Source: Octopus vulgaris (lineage: Eukaryota). From it: DNA of 64,000 bases. The position numbers and the translations under genes were made by a program. Below the pieces are notes generated by a model. The model searched no databases, was not told where the DNA came from, and saw only the letters and a list, made by a program, of their open reading frames with translations. The number at the start of each line of letters is the position of its first letter. Position 1 is the first letter of the stretch. The stretch covers positions 24,676,001-24,740,000 of the forward strand of contig OX597825.1 of assembly GCA_951406725.2 (NCBI GenBank), written 5' to 3'. Shown piece after piece: positions 12,228 to 27,000 of this stretch.

Positions 12228-13102
12228 GGTCTGATTAATAAGTATCCGGACTGTTGCCATAGTAACAAAGCTAAAGCACGTAGAGTAAAGCCACATGGTA
12301 CAGGTTGACTTTAAACTCTGCTGTGTATGCACACTAAGTTTTCTAGCTCACTTCCGCTGTTTACAGCAGTGCTTGGAAGGAACATGTGTAGCATGTAATG
12401 TATGATCATTGCATTGACAATGACAGAGAAAGTTGAGCAGAGATTCTGCATTAAATTTTGCCAAAAGCTACATGATACCTGCTCAAAGGCCTATGCTAAG
12501 TTTTCAGAAAGTTTACATCGTTCTCGACACAGTCAACTGAAACCCAAGTGTCTTTTTGGTCAGCTGAAAACAGGCTTGGCAAAAACTTGACAGACATGCG
12601 TCTCATACCCAAATCTTCAGTGATAATAGACTGAACTGAACCGTAACTAACCTTCACATCCTCTCATAACTCACAGATGGTGATTTGACAATTTTCCCTC
12701 ACAGTTGCATGCACATCTGCAATGTTTTTCTCAGTTCTGCTGGTTGTGGGTCTCTCAGAACATTTGTCAATATTGCCCTTTTTTCAGCCATTTTAGAAAC
12801 GTCTGAACTACTCATACACTTGTGTGCGTCTCATACACTCCCCTCCATACACTTTCTGCAAGTTTGCGTAGGCCTCTGAGCAGGTATCACCATGACAGCT
12901 TTCTCTGTCATGGTCAATGCAATGATCACACTCTACACACCTTCTTTCCTAGCACTGCTATAAACAGCAGAAGTGAGCTAGAACGTTAACACTTAGTGCA
13001 CATGCACAGCAGAAGTCAAGGTCAATCTGTGCCAAGTGGCTTTACTCTGCATGCTTTAGCTTCGTTACTATGGCAGCAGTTTAGATACTTATTGATCAGA
13101 CC
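12228..13102. mobile_element. Non-autonomous mariner derivative made of two inverted 5' ends
   Basis: 12228-~12520 is the reverse complement of ~12845-13102, and both arms contain the start MTEK. The minus strand continues DTCSEAYANLQKVYGGECMRRTQVYE..EDLGMRRMSVKFLP. Confidence 0.85.
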
Positions 13103-13103
13103 T

Positions 13104-13150
<47 letters not shown>

Positions 13151-13366
13151 CTTTTACTTGTTTCAATCATTTGTCTGCAGCCATGCTGGAGCACCACATT
13201 TAGTTGGACAAATCAACCCCAGGACTTATTCTTTATAAGCCTAGTACTTATTCTATTGGTGTCTTTTTGCCAAACCGCTAAGTGATGGAAACGTAAACAC
13301 ACCAACATCAGTTGTCAAGCAATGGTGGGGTGGACAAAAAAAGATACAAATAACAAATACATACAT

Positions 13367-13397
<31 letters not shown>

Positions 13398-13934
13398 TAT
13401 ATATATGTGTGTGTGTGTGTGTTTATATATATATATATATATACAACAGGTTTCTTTCAGTTTCTGTCTACCCAATCCACTCACAAGGCTTTGGTCAGCC
13501 TGAGTCTATAGTAGAAGACACTTGCCCAAGGTGCCATGTAGTGAGACTGAACTCAGAACCATGTGGTTTAGGAAGCAAGCTTCTTACCACACAGACACTC
13601 CTGATATATATATAACACATAGACATGCATTACATGCATATATAATGCTGACTTGGAATAGAGTGGATATGACATTGAAAAAATCACGATTGATGAAATA
13701 GATTTGGCAAACAACTGACTGATTAATTAACCAAATGATTCTTCAAATGTTTAATTATTTAGTGAGTTAAATACCAAACCAATTGATAAATAAGCACAAA
13801 AGAAGTAAAACTGAAACAACACATGTGTTCATTATTGGCAAAATGACCCTCTCAAGATAACAAAAAATTGTTTATTTCACCTCATGAAAATTCACATCAA
13901 GAATCTCTCAAACTAAATACTAAAACAAAATGTG

Positions 13935-13973
<39 letters not shown>

Positions 13974-16183
13974 ACACACAAACACATCTGCGTCAATTTG
14001 GAAAGTTTCCAAGCTACTCACTCTCCATAGAATCAAACTAAGCACTTGATGTAAAAAAAAAAAAAAAAAAGTGCAGACTAATTAGTTTATACACATGTAG
14101 TAAAGCCATTTGAATCCATTAAACAAGAAAATAGTCTAAATTATTTAACTCAAAATAAACTTTTAGCAATTAATCAACGTGGCTTTCTAACAAATTACCC
14201 AGCAATTACAGGACACCTCTCTTGCCTAGATGCTTCAATGAAAGAGATGGATCATTAACACTACGGGAGTTATTCTCCACAACGATTACGGCAAAAGTAT
14301 TTGATTTTCTCTTCTGACAGCAAATTCTTCAATCTCTCTCTCCTTATTGCTCTCTCTCTCCCTTTCTCTTCCTTCTTCTCTCATGATACACCCTGATCTT
14401 TGGAAACCATACTACAGTGTACGGCTTGCACCATTTCCAAGTAAGGTGATCCACCCAGCCCTGCTAGCTGCCTTTCTGTCACACTCACTTCCAATAACTT
14501 CCAAACGCATTCTTAACAAAAGTATTCTGCAACTGTCTCTCACTCTCTCTCACTCCCTCTCTCTATCTCTATCTATCTCTCTCCTCCTTCTCTATCCCCT
14601 CTCCTCTCCTTCTCTATCCCCTCTCCTCTCCTTCTCTCCCTCCCTTGTCACTCTGTCCCTCTCTCTCCCTTTCTCTTTCTCTCCCTCTTCCTTGCTCTCC
14701 CCTCTCCTCCTCTCTTTTCTCTCCTTAATGACCACTGTTACTCAACACAGAATAGGCTTCACTGACCATTGCTAATATTCCGAACAAAAGGCCATGTTAG
14801 ATGTTACATACATATTGGACACTGCTGCATCTTAATAAAGGACAAAGGCTACTTAACACGATGTTATTGGCAGAGACACAATACATTAAATTAAGGACTT
14901 CCCAAAGCTAATAAGGGTCACAGATTCCTGGCGCAAAGATGTGAAACTCAAGTCACTTATGACCACTTGGAAAAGAATAGACACCACATCCACAAAACTA
15001 GATTTACTGGAGCTCTACCTGCTTTCATTATCCACCAGTGGCCTTTAACTTTCAATAAATTGGTTGAAAACAATGTACTGTAACCTATTTCTTTACTACC
15101 CACAAGGGGCTAAACACAGAGAGGAATTTGAACTCAGAACGTAGTGGCAGACGAAATACTGCTAAGTATTTTGCCTGGCGCGCTAACAATTCTGCCAGCT
15201 CGTCGCCTTATCAGCCAGCTCATCGCCTTATATATACAATATACTGTAACCAGTGGCAGACTAGATCTAAAAATATTGGTTACCAGGAGACTAAGGGGGC
15301 CCACCCACAACTACAATGCCATCATTTAATCATTTTTTTTTTTTGTTAAAAGTATTCGTGATGCAGCACGAATTTTTGTCAGTGAACAGGTCGCGGTTTT
15401 AAAGCGACGAAAATATTTTGACAAATTAAACTTAAATGTTGAAGTGAATCGAACGGCTTTTGTGTGTTTCTTAAATGGCTTACAAACACCTTCCATGCTG
15501 CAATTGTATTCTTTTCAGTTGCCTACAAACACAACCAGGCTAAAATAATTAATGCATACTTCCGGGAGTGAATAAAAAAATTCTCAAACTTTAGGAGATG
15601 GGCCCCTTAGATACTAACATGGGCCCCCATATATGGGTTCTTATGGCGCAGGGGCCCTCTTGCTATCAGGAAAGCTGGCAACCTTCAACCTGTAACCTTC
15701 AATATCAGCGAAGCTTTCAACCATAAAAACTGCCCACTTAATATTCTCATCTCTCATATTCTCTCTTTTACTCTTTTAATTGTTTCAGTCATTTGACTGC
15801 GGCCATACTGGAGCACTGCCTTTAGTCGAGCAAATCAACCCCAGGACTTATTCTTTGTAAGCCTAGTACTTATACTATCAGTACCTTTTGCTAAATCGCT
15901 AAGTTACGGTGACATAAATACACCAGCATTGGTTGTCAGGCGATGTTAGGGGGGGATAAACACGGACTCACAAAGACACACACACATATATATACATATA
16001 CATATATATACGACGGGCTTCTTTCAGTTTCCGTCTACCAAGTCCACTCACAAAGCTTTGGTCAGCCCGAGGCTATAGTAGAAGACACTTGCCCAAGGTG
16101 CCACAGAGTGGGACTGAACCCAGAACCATGTGGTTGGTTAACAAGCTACTTACCACATAGCCACTCCTGCACCTATATATATT

Positions 16184-16274
<91 letters not shown>

Positions 16275-16661
16275 ATACATATATAGATATAAATATATCA
16301 GGTACTTATTCATATGTGGTTTGATGTGGTGGTAGATGATGAAAGAATGAACGTTATTTGCTGTTTGAGGTTATCTTAATGTCTCTTAATCTAAGAAAAA
16401 CAAACGGATATTAATACCCAAAGGTGACGGAAATTATTAGAAAGATTGATATAATTGGATTGTAACAAGAGATATTTCCGGGGGAATTTCCTGCATCATT
16501 GTCTCTCCACACATTTATCACATTCTTTGCTTTAATCATACATCTATCATGTGACCTTTGTCGAAAATGCAACTTTCATAGCTATAGATAGGTAACTAGA
16601 TAGATAGATTGATCGATCGATAGATCAATAGATAGAGAGATAGAGAGATAGAGAAAGAGAC

Positions 16662-16702
<41 letters not shown>

Positions 16703-16887
16703 TATAGATAGATAGATAGATAGATGGATGGATGGATGGATGGATGGATGGATGGATGGATGGATTGATGGATGGATGGATGACTGGACAGACGGACGGA
16801 TGGACAGATGGACAGACAGACAGATAGTACTAGATTCTTGATATAGATCATAGAGAAAGGTTTGCTGTAGCCATCATAATCATTATC

Positions 16888-16923
<36 letters not shown>

Positions 16924-16934
16924 GTCATCAGTTT

Positions 16935-17240
16935 TGAACCCCCTTCAGTCATGACTGACCATGGTATTGTACCTAGAAATTACCCTCCAAGGCACAAGTT
17001 TGAGCAGTCACCTATGCATACCAGCCTCCACTCTCCACGCCACTTATGTTATCCAAGGGAAAGGCAAAGGAGTCGATACAGCTTGGCACCAGTGACATCA
17101 CAACTCATTTCTGCAGCTGAGGGAATAGGAGCAACATGAAATAAAGTATCTTGCTCAAGAACACAACACACAGCCCGATCTGGAAATTGAACTCATTACC
17201 TCGTGATTGTGAGCCAGACGCTCTCACTGCTGAGCCATGC
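16935..17240 (-). mobile_element. tRNA-derived SINE (family D)
   Basis: tRNA-like head with core CTTGAGCAAGATACTTTATTTCA..GCTCC. A sister copy lies at about 33980-34290(-); related heads at 24755-25060(-) and 41690-41900(-). Confidence 0.75.
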
Positions 17241-17624
17241 CAGATTGTCTTTTACCAGGAAGATGCTCTTCCTATCACCAACCTTCTCGTATTTCCAAGC
17301 AAGGTGATATTTCCCTATGGCTAGATATGTTTGCAAAATAATGGAAATGAATGACACTGCTTGTAGAAGTATGACACTTATTTACAACTATCACATGATG
17401 TCAAGACAAGCAAACACTTGCCCAAGGTGCCATGCTGTGGGACTGAACCTGGAACCACATAATTGGGAAGCAAATCTTAAATACGTAGCCATGCCACATG
17501 TTTCCAAAATGTCTTTGATTTTCAATACAAACCAAAAGCAACATCAATTATAAAAGTCACCAAGAATATAGGACCAAGAGAAATGTCACAACATTCAAAT
17601 ATATTTTGCTGTTTTATTTATAAC

Positions 17625-17935
17625 CAGGAGACGCAATGGCCCAGTGGTTAGGACAGCGGACTCACGGTCGGAGGATCGCGGTTTCAATTCCCAGACTGAG
17701 CTTTGTGTGTGTTTATTGAGCGAAAACACCTAAAAGCTCCACAAGGCTCCTGCAGTGGGTGGTGGCGACCCCTGTTGTACTCTTTCACCACAATGTTCTC
17801 TCACTCTCTCTTCCTGTTTCTTGAGTAACGCTCCAATGGACTGGCATCCCATCCAGCTGCAGAGAACACACATGCCATAGAAACCGGGAAACCGGGCCCA
17901 TGAGCTTGGCTAAGCTTGAAAAGGGTGACGTTAAT
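17625..17935 (+). mobile_element. tRNA-derived SINE with V-domain-like segment
   Basis: A/B boxes and ATGGACTGGCATCCCATCCAG; its 3' end is shared with the SINE at 58060-58305(-). Confidence 0.75.
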
Positions 17936-18587
17936 TCATAACCAACAAATACAGAAACAGTACAGAGTCATTATAGATTTCTTATGAAGAACTGTATGTC
18001 TGCTATTAAGATATATGGAGTGACTAACGCAACTATGTTTGTTTGTTCCTTCTCAAGCCATACCTGGCACATAGGGTTGGTTTTCTGGTTTCCTTGGTGT
18101 ATAAGTTCCCCACCTGGACAGGATGCCGGTCCGTCGCAGTTGCAAGATGCAGGAGGAAAGAGTGAGGGAAAGTTGTGGCGAAAAAGTCAGCAGAAGTTCG
18201 CCATTACCTTCTGTGGAGCTTAGGTGTTTCGCTCATAAACAAACATATCGCCCGGTCTGCAATTTGAACCCAAGATCCCTCGACCGCGAGTCTTCTGCTC
18301 TAACCACTAGGCCATGCAACTCTACCTAACGCAACTAACTCTATATAAATGCTATATCAACACCAACAGATTACTAAAACAACATTCTGGATTGAGATTT
18401 GTTTTTTGCTTCAGTTTTTGTTGTTGTTTTTTCTTGTTTCTTAGTAATTTATTTCCTGTAACTCAATTCTGTTCAATAGTTATGTTGCTTTCATTTTGTA
18501 CCGAAAGTCAAGAATGTTTCCAAAATATAGGACTTCAGCAGGATTACCAAAAAGTAAATACAATCTAGGAATATATAAAACTCATTT

Positions 18588-19238
18588 CATGAGAAGGTTT
18601 GAAAATGCAATTTTAAAGATGTTTATTCACTTGACCGGTTTCACTTTTTTAGAAATAGATTGTCAAAAATAAAATGAAAAGCTTTGTATAAGCTTTATTG
18701 TGTTAAGTACTGTCTGTCACAAAAGTATTAAAATACATATATACATTCTTTGATAATAATAATAATAAAATGCTAAAAACAGTTTACAAGAAAGTATTTG
18801 AGAAAGTATTCAACAAAAAGTATTAGGAGTTCAATAAAATCATGTTTGTTTTGATAGTATATATATACACAGAAGGAGATATATTTAAGAATTTACAAAA
18901 AATTGGAGAGGAACCGACCAGTCTTTTTTGGCAATTCTTAAATATATCTTCTTCTGTGTATATATATACTATCAAACAAACATGATTTTTATTGAACTCC
19001 TAATACTTTTTGTTGAATACTTTCTTAAATACTTTCTTGTTAACTGTTTTTAACATTTTCTTATTATTATCAAAGAATGTATATATATGTATTTTAATAC
19101 TTTTGTGACAACCAGTACGTAACACAACAAAGCTTATACAAAGCTTTACATTTTACTTTTGACAACCTTTTTCTAAAAAAGTGAAACCGGTCAAGTGAAT
19201 AAACATCTTTAAAATTGCATTTTCAAACCTTCTTTCAT
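18588..19238. repeat. Long fold-back inverted repeat (arms about 315 bp, loop about 25 bp), probably an inverted PLE pseudo-LTR
   Basis: 18588-~18900 is the reverse complement of ~18925-19238. The arms carry an HHR-like end TTGACAA..GAAACCGGTC followed by AATAAA. Confidence 0.9.
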
Positions 19239-20676
19239 ATATATTTCTACTCGTGTGATATCTTACAACTTTACTTTGTCATATATAAATATATATATAT
19301 ATATAAGCACTCAGTAGTCCCCGCTATCACAGGAGTAAGAAGTCCTTGACAAATTTGTTGTAACACAAAATCTTGTAATGCAAAGTTAATTTTCTTATTG
19401 ATTTTCATGTAATAAAATGATAATACATTCCTGTTGATATTTTCAAAAAGTACAGCCAAAACAAAAAAATGTGAACAACACAACCACTTTTATGCATATG
19501 TATACATGAAAACATTTGAAGTGAAATGTGTAAAGGAATAAATATGAATCATGTAATTTGCAGTCAGGTACGTTCTTACCACAGAAGATGTTTATCACTG
19601 TCTGGTGGGGTGTGATGATGGGATAAGAATTACTGGGAAGATAAGAAATACTGTCTTCTATTTTATAGCTCGTAATTGTCAACATTTACTTGAGAGCTGA
19701 AGAACTTAATCTAAAATTGTTTGATGTTTATGGCACATAATTTCTTTGTACAGTTTATTGTAAGAACGGAACCCATTGTAAACTCTTGTAATTTTGGTTA
19801 CATTCATGAATATGATTGTTATCATTAAAAACTTGTAGACCTCTCGTAAGAAAGAACTCTTTAGTAATATTCTTTGTAATTATGGTGGCAAGCTGGCAGA
19901 ATCGTTAGCATGCCAGGCAAAACGCTTAGTAGTATTTTGTCCATCTTTACATTCTGAGTTCAAATATCATCAAGGTCACCTTTGCTTTTTATCTTTTGGA
20001 GTTGATAAAATAAGTACCAGTTGAGCACTGGGGTTGATGTAATCGACTTATCTCATCTCCTGAACTTGCTGGCCTTGAGCCAAAATTTGAAATTAATATT
20101 CTTTGCAGTTATTCTCAGCTTACTTTTGTTCAAATAACATCAGCTCCTCATTAGATAAACTTTCTCTATGGGTCATAAAGACTCCACATTCTACCCACCA
20201 CTTCTACTGTTATGTTGACATACAGCACATGTTGCTACAGATATTTATGTCATACTGATACTATTATTGTTGTTGCTAGCTGGATATTCAAATGTTGATG
20301 GGTTGGTAATGGTGGAGCTGTTGATTGTATTGGTTTTTGCGTTGGTGATAATGGTGATGGGGATGATGGAGTTGGTGATGGTGGTAGTAGTGACAGTGGT
20401 CATATTTTTATTACTTATATTTTTGCTATTTAGTTTCAAGTCGATTCTCGTTGACCTATGATTAAAGACATTTCATTTCATATTTAAGATACACTAAAGC
20501 ACCACATTATTACATGTAATTGTTTGTTTTTTATTTCAGATGGAGTTGCATATCTTATTCTTGCTTATTATTGTTGTTGTTGTTGGTCATTAAAAAATTG
20601 CTGGGTTGGTAATGGTGGAGGTTGTTTTAGTTCGGGTGGTGTTGATGCTGGTGATAGATGGTACTGGTGGTGAAGG

Positions 20677-20733
<57 letters not shown>

Positions 20734-23429
20734 ATAAAAATGCAAGCTGTACACTACGTGACTTCTGAGTGTTAAACTGGTTATACAAATACAGCTCTCT
20801 ATGCATTCATGAGTCACGTGTTTGAACCAGTAAATCGACGACTACTGCGTATCACAGAGATTTCTTGATGCCTGTCAGACGAAAAGTAAAGCTGACGAAC
20901 TAGACAGAAGTGATCTCCTTGAATTCGTTAAAAATTCCAGTGAAAGGAATTTTAAAAGTTTAATTTGACTGGTACTTTATTTTAAATATATTTTACTTGA
21001 TTTCTACTTTATTTTATTGACGAATGGATAGCAAAGTTAACTTCGGTGAGATTTGAAGAGCCAAGAGAAATGCCACAGGTCGTTCTTTCCAACGATATAA
21101 CGATCCTGTAAGCTCACCACCTTTAACTTGGAATAATATTCTAAGGATTATAATCATGATAGAAGAGCTATTGTTCATAAAATGAATTTCGAAGTTTCAA
21201 TATAATTTACTGAATAGCATTAAGAGCTAACGACTTAAAATTATCCAATAGAGAATCTTCGTTGTTATTAACAGTATAAATGTTCAGAGTTTTGTTGTTG
21301 TTGTTGTTGTTGTTTTACTCTATACACCAATGTGTATAGATTTTCACAAAGACATGGCCACCCACAAACTTCGGACATTTCTAAGATCTCAAGATAAGCG
21401 AGTACTATACCTATAAAAAGCTGAACAATGAGATTGTGTATATTCATAGGAATTCTGGTTACTCCCAGCTTTAATTACAGACGTAGAATCCGGCTGCAGT
21501 AAAAGAATCTGCAGTTTATTCTCAGATAAGAATATCTTTGACAGAGCTGCAAGCATTGAAATGAAGAGCTACCGATCGGTGATTTCAGTGAAAAGTTCAT
21601 GTATATTGTATATGGTGGCTCCCTTCTCCCTGGAGAGTGTTAGGAAAAGGAAAAGAACTTAGAGAAAAATCAGTCCTCAGAGAAAAAATGCTGTCTCTAC
21701 TAACATAGTCTTAAGCAGTTTCTTCCTAATTAGGTAACACTTCCCAAATACATAAATCTCACAAGCTTTTTAATGTGTATACTGTTGAAGTTAGTTACGC
21801 TTGTCTAGACAATATTATGCGAAATATATGTGTGTGTGTGTGTATGTATGTATGTACGTATGTATGTATGTATGTATGTATGTGTGTATGTATGTATGTA
21901 TGTATGTATGTATGTATGCATGTATGTATACGCGTACCCATTTCAGTTTCATTCATGTTGAGGCCCTTTTTCACATACTCCTCGGACCTGTATGTTTTCA
22001 TTTTCACTTCAGTTTTCAAATCATGAAAATCCTTAAGAGTACATAGTTATAGTCTTTACATAACTACATAGTCATTGTAGAAAGGGGTGCAGGATCATAA
22101 CTCCTAGGGTCGAAAAGCATCCACATGCAACGTATTGCATTCTTGGACAAAATATGCTATTAGCATATGACAATGTTCTTTTCCTTAACGAGCTACAAAG
22201 CCATTGACTCGGTAGCTTTGTAACAGACAGGAAATTGATACTCCTTGGATATAATGAACCGCTTTCACGAGTATCATTCCTAGAATATTATTTCTAGTAA
22301 AAAATCAACGGGCTAATAGGATCGTTAGGACATCAGAATGAATGCCCTGCAGTATTTATTTTGTTTCTTTACAATCTGAGTTCAAATCCCAACAAGGTCC
22401 ACTTTGCCTTTCATTCCTCTATGGCTGATAAAATCAAATACCAGTCAAATAATGGTATCAGCAACCTCACTAGTGCTAGTGGTATGAAAAAGGTACCCAG
22501 TACACACTGTAAAGTGGTTGGCATTAGGAAGGGCATCCAGCCATAGAAACCATGCCAAAGCTGACATTGGAACCCTCAACGTAGTCCTGCGCGTTGTTGG
22601 ATCCTGTCAAACTGTCCAAGCTCTGCAGGCGTGGAAAACAAATATTAAATGATGATGATGATAATGATTATGATAACGATAATTATAATGATTTCACTCA
22701 TACAAAATTTCAGGCCTTTTGCCTCAGAAACAATTATTTTCTGAAAATACGGCACGTATTCCCAAGAGCTTGATGAACCAAGTCATAAATAGAATTACGT
22801 GCCTAGAAACAGAATGGAATGTTTTTAACACATATAGTTGTCACATATGAATGGATACTATAATTCTTTATTCGTTTGGTTAACAAAAAACAAACTGTGT
22901 GAGTGGTTGGTATTGGGAAGTGAAAACCCCAGTTATATAACATCTGCTCTCTAGCAATTTGTAAAACTGTTTCAATATTTCAAAGAATGATCCAGTTCGC
23001 TACGATAATTTTATTTGAATAATTCTAGCTCAAAATTTAATTATGTGTTTAATTTATGGATTGCAAAATATTTTTTAACCTGTTTATTTTTAAATGACTC
23101 AGTAAATTGAAATAATTCTATTTCTCTGCAATTCTGTAATTTGAAAAATAAAATGTGGCATTCGATTAACTAACAATTATTTGTCGTGCACTACCCATTC
23201 TATATTTAATACCACTGCAACAAAGCTAGCTAGGACAGCATAACCTACCCGATGAAGAAGAACAAGTGCACATACGTGCAGGGATAGCTATGTGGTTAAG
23301 AAACTTACTTTAGAACCATGTGGCTCTATGTTCGATACTACTGGGTGGAAGCTTGTGTGTGGGCATGTAAGTGTATGACTCTGTGTGTGTGTGTGTTGTG
23401 TGTGTGTGTGTGTGTGTGTAGAGGAAATC

Positions 23430-23625
23430 GAAAATAAAAATAAACACAAAACACGAAAATTTAAAAGGACATGCACAGTGAATGTTGTAGGTCCACGCTC
23501 AGTTTAAGATGGAAAAAAGATGGTGTGTTTGACGTTTCGAACTTGGCTCTTCGTCAGAAAGTGGAAAAGAGAAAGGTCTGGAGAGAAGGAACAAAATAGT
23601 CCAAGAAAAGCGCGTGTCGTTGCAT
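23430..23625 (-). mobile_element. About 200-bp HHR-bearing microsatellite-inserted element (PLE pLTR-like)
   Basis: Minus strand 23560-23528 reads TTT-CTGACGA-A-GAGC caa GTTC-GAAAC-GTC-AAA. The same layout occurs at 32130-32340(-) and 44990-45208(+). Confidence 0.65.
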
Positions 23626-23960
23626 GGGGTGGGGTGTTTGTATATAGTGCATATATATATACATATATACATATGTATACTCATACGCACGCACATAATT
23701 ATATTCATCATGAAGCTGTGTGAAAATTCATGTTTGCTTTGAAAATTAAAAAATCTGGACGCAAAGAAAAGTAAATGTTTATAATGGAAATGAAATATAT
23801 ACTTCACAGCAATTAATGTAACTACAGAAATATAATCGTGTCTAGTAAATTCATTCTTGTGTGTAAAAGGATATTGTTTAAGTGTTGCCTTATGCCGTTT
23901 CATATGTGCTATCAAACAGCATCTGAATCTGTTGTTTTTGCACTGTTTGGATTATTACAG

Positions 23961-24014
23961 GTCAAATAGGAGAGGAGATTGACCAGGGAACAAAGATGAG
24001 TCGAGGCAAAAGAG
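23961..24014 (+). CDS. Putative exon A of an uncharacterised single-pass membrane protein gene
   Basis: ttattacag| acceptor and AG|gtaaga donor, 54 bp, unique sequence. Reads QIGEEIDQGTKMSRGKR(G) and is phase-compatible with the exon at 40835. A possible start ATG lies at 23996. Confidence 0.6.
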
Positions 24015-27000
24015 GTAAGAGAAATAAAAAAAAAAAGGTCAAAGTTTAGGGGTTTAGCACGCATCGAATATTAAAAGTGGCTGTGTGGTAAAAAGTTTGC
24101 TCCCCAACCACATGGTTCCGGGTTCAGTCCCACCGCGTGGCTTCTCGGGCAAGTACCTTCTACTATAGCCTCGGGCCGACTAAAGTCTTGTGGTGGATTT
24201 AGTAGACGGAAACAGGAAAAAAACCGTCATACACACACACATATACATATATATATTTATATATATACGCATCAATGTATGTGTGTATTTGTGCCCGTGT
24301 TTGTCCCACCACCACTGCTTGACAACCGGTGTTGGTTTGATTACGTCCCATAACATAGCAGATTGGGGAAAAAGACCGATATAATAAGTACCAGGCTTTA
24401 AAAGAGTACTGGGGCTAATTCAATTGACTAAAAAATTGTTCAAGGTGGTACCCGTAGTCTTATGACTGAAACAAGTAAAAGAAAAATGGCTACGAAGATC
24501 AGATAGTTTGGGGTAGCCCTATTCGTCCACACATAGCTATCAAGATACATTCAATTGTAATTTCATATTTAGTACCCTCCAGATTGATTGCTGTAAATAT
24601 ATTTTCATATACCTCTGACAGTCCCGTCTTGCATATGTTTTACATGCAATCTTTTTATCTGAATTGTTAAAAATAAATCTCCCCAGTCATGAAGGGCTTG
24701 TAAAAACTATGGGTGCTAACCATTTTTCCAGACATTCCCAACTAATTGCTAATTAACTGGCACTCCATCGGTTATGATAATGAGGGTTCTAGTTGATCCA
24801 ATCAATGGAACAATCTGCTCATGAAATTAATATGCAAGTGGATGAGCACTCCACAGACATGCATACCCCTAACGAAGTTCTCAAGGAGATTCAGCATGAC
24901 AGAGAATGCAACAAGACTAACCCTTTGAAATTTAGGTACTACGTATTTTTGCCAGTTGCAACATAAAATAAAGTGCCTTGCTCATAGACACAATGCACCC
25001 CTGGGGATCGAACTCACAGCCTTACGATTATGAGCTAAAACGCCTAACCACTAAGCCACACTCATTCATTTCCAGACATTCTAGTAATAAAATCAATCAA
25101 TATTTGCACACTTTAAAGTATTCCATTATGCTCATCTCTGATGCAATCTTTAGCAAATTTGTCAGTCATACATTAAAACAGGTTGGACAATAGCCTGTAT
25201 GTATATGTTAAGCTCTGACTGCACCCACACAAAACCAAAGTGCATATTACAGGATGTTTGTGTAAAATACACCTGTGCCAGTCCCCATAGAAAGCACCTG
25301 TGCTGGTCTGCATACAAAGCCCTCAGCACACTCAGTAAAGTGGTTGGCATTTAGGACGTCATTCAGACATAGAAACCATGCCAACCCAGACTGGAAGCTG
25401 GTGCAGCTCTCTAACTTGCCAGCTCTGATCAAACCGTCCAAACCATGCCAGCATGGAAAATGGATGTTAAATGACGATGATGATGATGTTTGAGACACAT
25501 ATCAGGAGAGAATGTATCATATGCGTTGCATACTGGAAGACCCTGCTAGAGCTGACTAAAGTCAGTTGGAAGGGCCACTTAACCCCAACACTGGAAACAT
25601 TGCTGGCTAACACTTGTGCTCACCTGTTTTAGTGACACATTGTTATTACTGCTGTTGTTGTGTAACCTCTGATTACAGGTGAACAAATAAACCTATGATC
25701 AAAGGTGTTCCATCCATGACATGCATGACTACACTAGCCAATATTTCCTTCTTTTTAATATTGTTTCTGGTTTTGTCACCAAGGACAGCAATTTTAAAAA
25801 GAGGGGTTAGTTTGCTAAATAGATACCCAACTTATACTTGACCAGGTCTTTATTTTATCATCGTTATAGGGATAAAAAATGAAAGTGGGATTTGAACTCA
25901 AGACATAAAGAGCTGAAACCAATTACCACATCATATTTTCCCAACTCTCTAACAATTCTGCCAACTCACCAAGTTCCCGCCCATTTTAATCTGGTAGAAT
26001 GTAGTGTGATAAAGATTTGACTGCTACTTTTAGCAGGTCAAATGATCACATACAGTCTCGAAACACCCACTTGTTAGTGACATATTGTGTCCAGCAGTGA
26101 TTATAATTACTATTGATTACTTAACTATTACTGATTAATTAATTACTATTTATTGGGTACCTTATCTATTCTAGATATGATCGATGTCTGATCGAAGCAC
26201 TGGACTTTAGTTGACTGATGTCTTTCCCCCATATATGTGTGTGTGTGTGTGTGACTATTGACCAAGACCTTTGGTAATATGTCATGCTTCAGAAGACCCA
26301 TCAAGCCAAGTGAAATTGTTCTTATGGCTGATACTTGTGTCATGTAATTGGCACTTGTGTGCCAGTGGCACATAAAAAGCACCTGCTGAGTGCTGGGCCT
26401 TGTGGAGGCAGTGACAAGTGACCAAGACTTTTGGCATAATGTCGCACTTCAGAAGATCCGTCAAGCTAAGTGAAATCATATTCATGATAGATACTGATGT
26501 CACGCAAATGGCACCCGTGCCGGAGGCATATAAGCGCATCCAATACACTCTCAGAGTGGTTGGCATTAGGAAGGGCATCCAGCTATAGAAACCATGCCAA
26601 ATCGGACTGGAATCTGGTTGCAGCCCTTCAGCTTACTAGCCCTGGTCAAACCGTCCAACCCATGCCAACATGGACAACAGACATTAAATGATGATGTGTG
26701 TGTTTTAGTGTTAGTATTATTGTTGTTTACAGCATCATTATTTTAGTTGTCTAACCCTAGATTAAGACCAATTAGAAGAGATTTATATGCAAAACCATTC
26801 TGGTCCTGGACCAGGACCATCCCCTCATATCCTTTTTTTTTAAATTCAATACTAGAGTAGCTAAGGCAGTGAGCTGGCAGAAACGTTAGCACACCAGGCA
26901 AAATTGACTTAATCCGTTTGTCTGTCCTTGTTTGTCCTCTGTGTTTAGCCCCTTGTGAGTAGTAAAGAAATAGGTATTTCGTCTGCCATTACGTTTTGAA

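Noticed and set aside
20540-20608. Additional exon after tttatttcag
   Set aside because: The acceptor is good but the content is low-complexity and the candidate donor lies in a locally duplicated GGT-rich motif.
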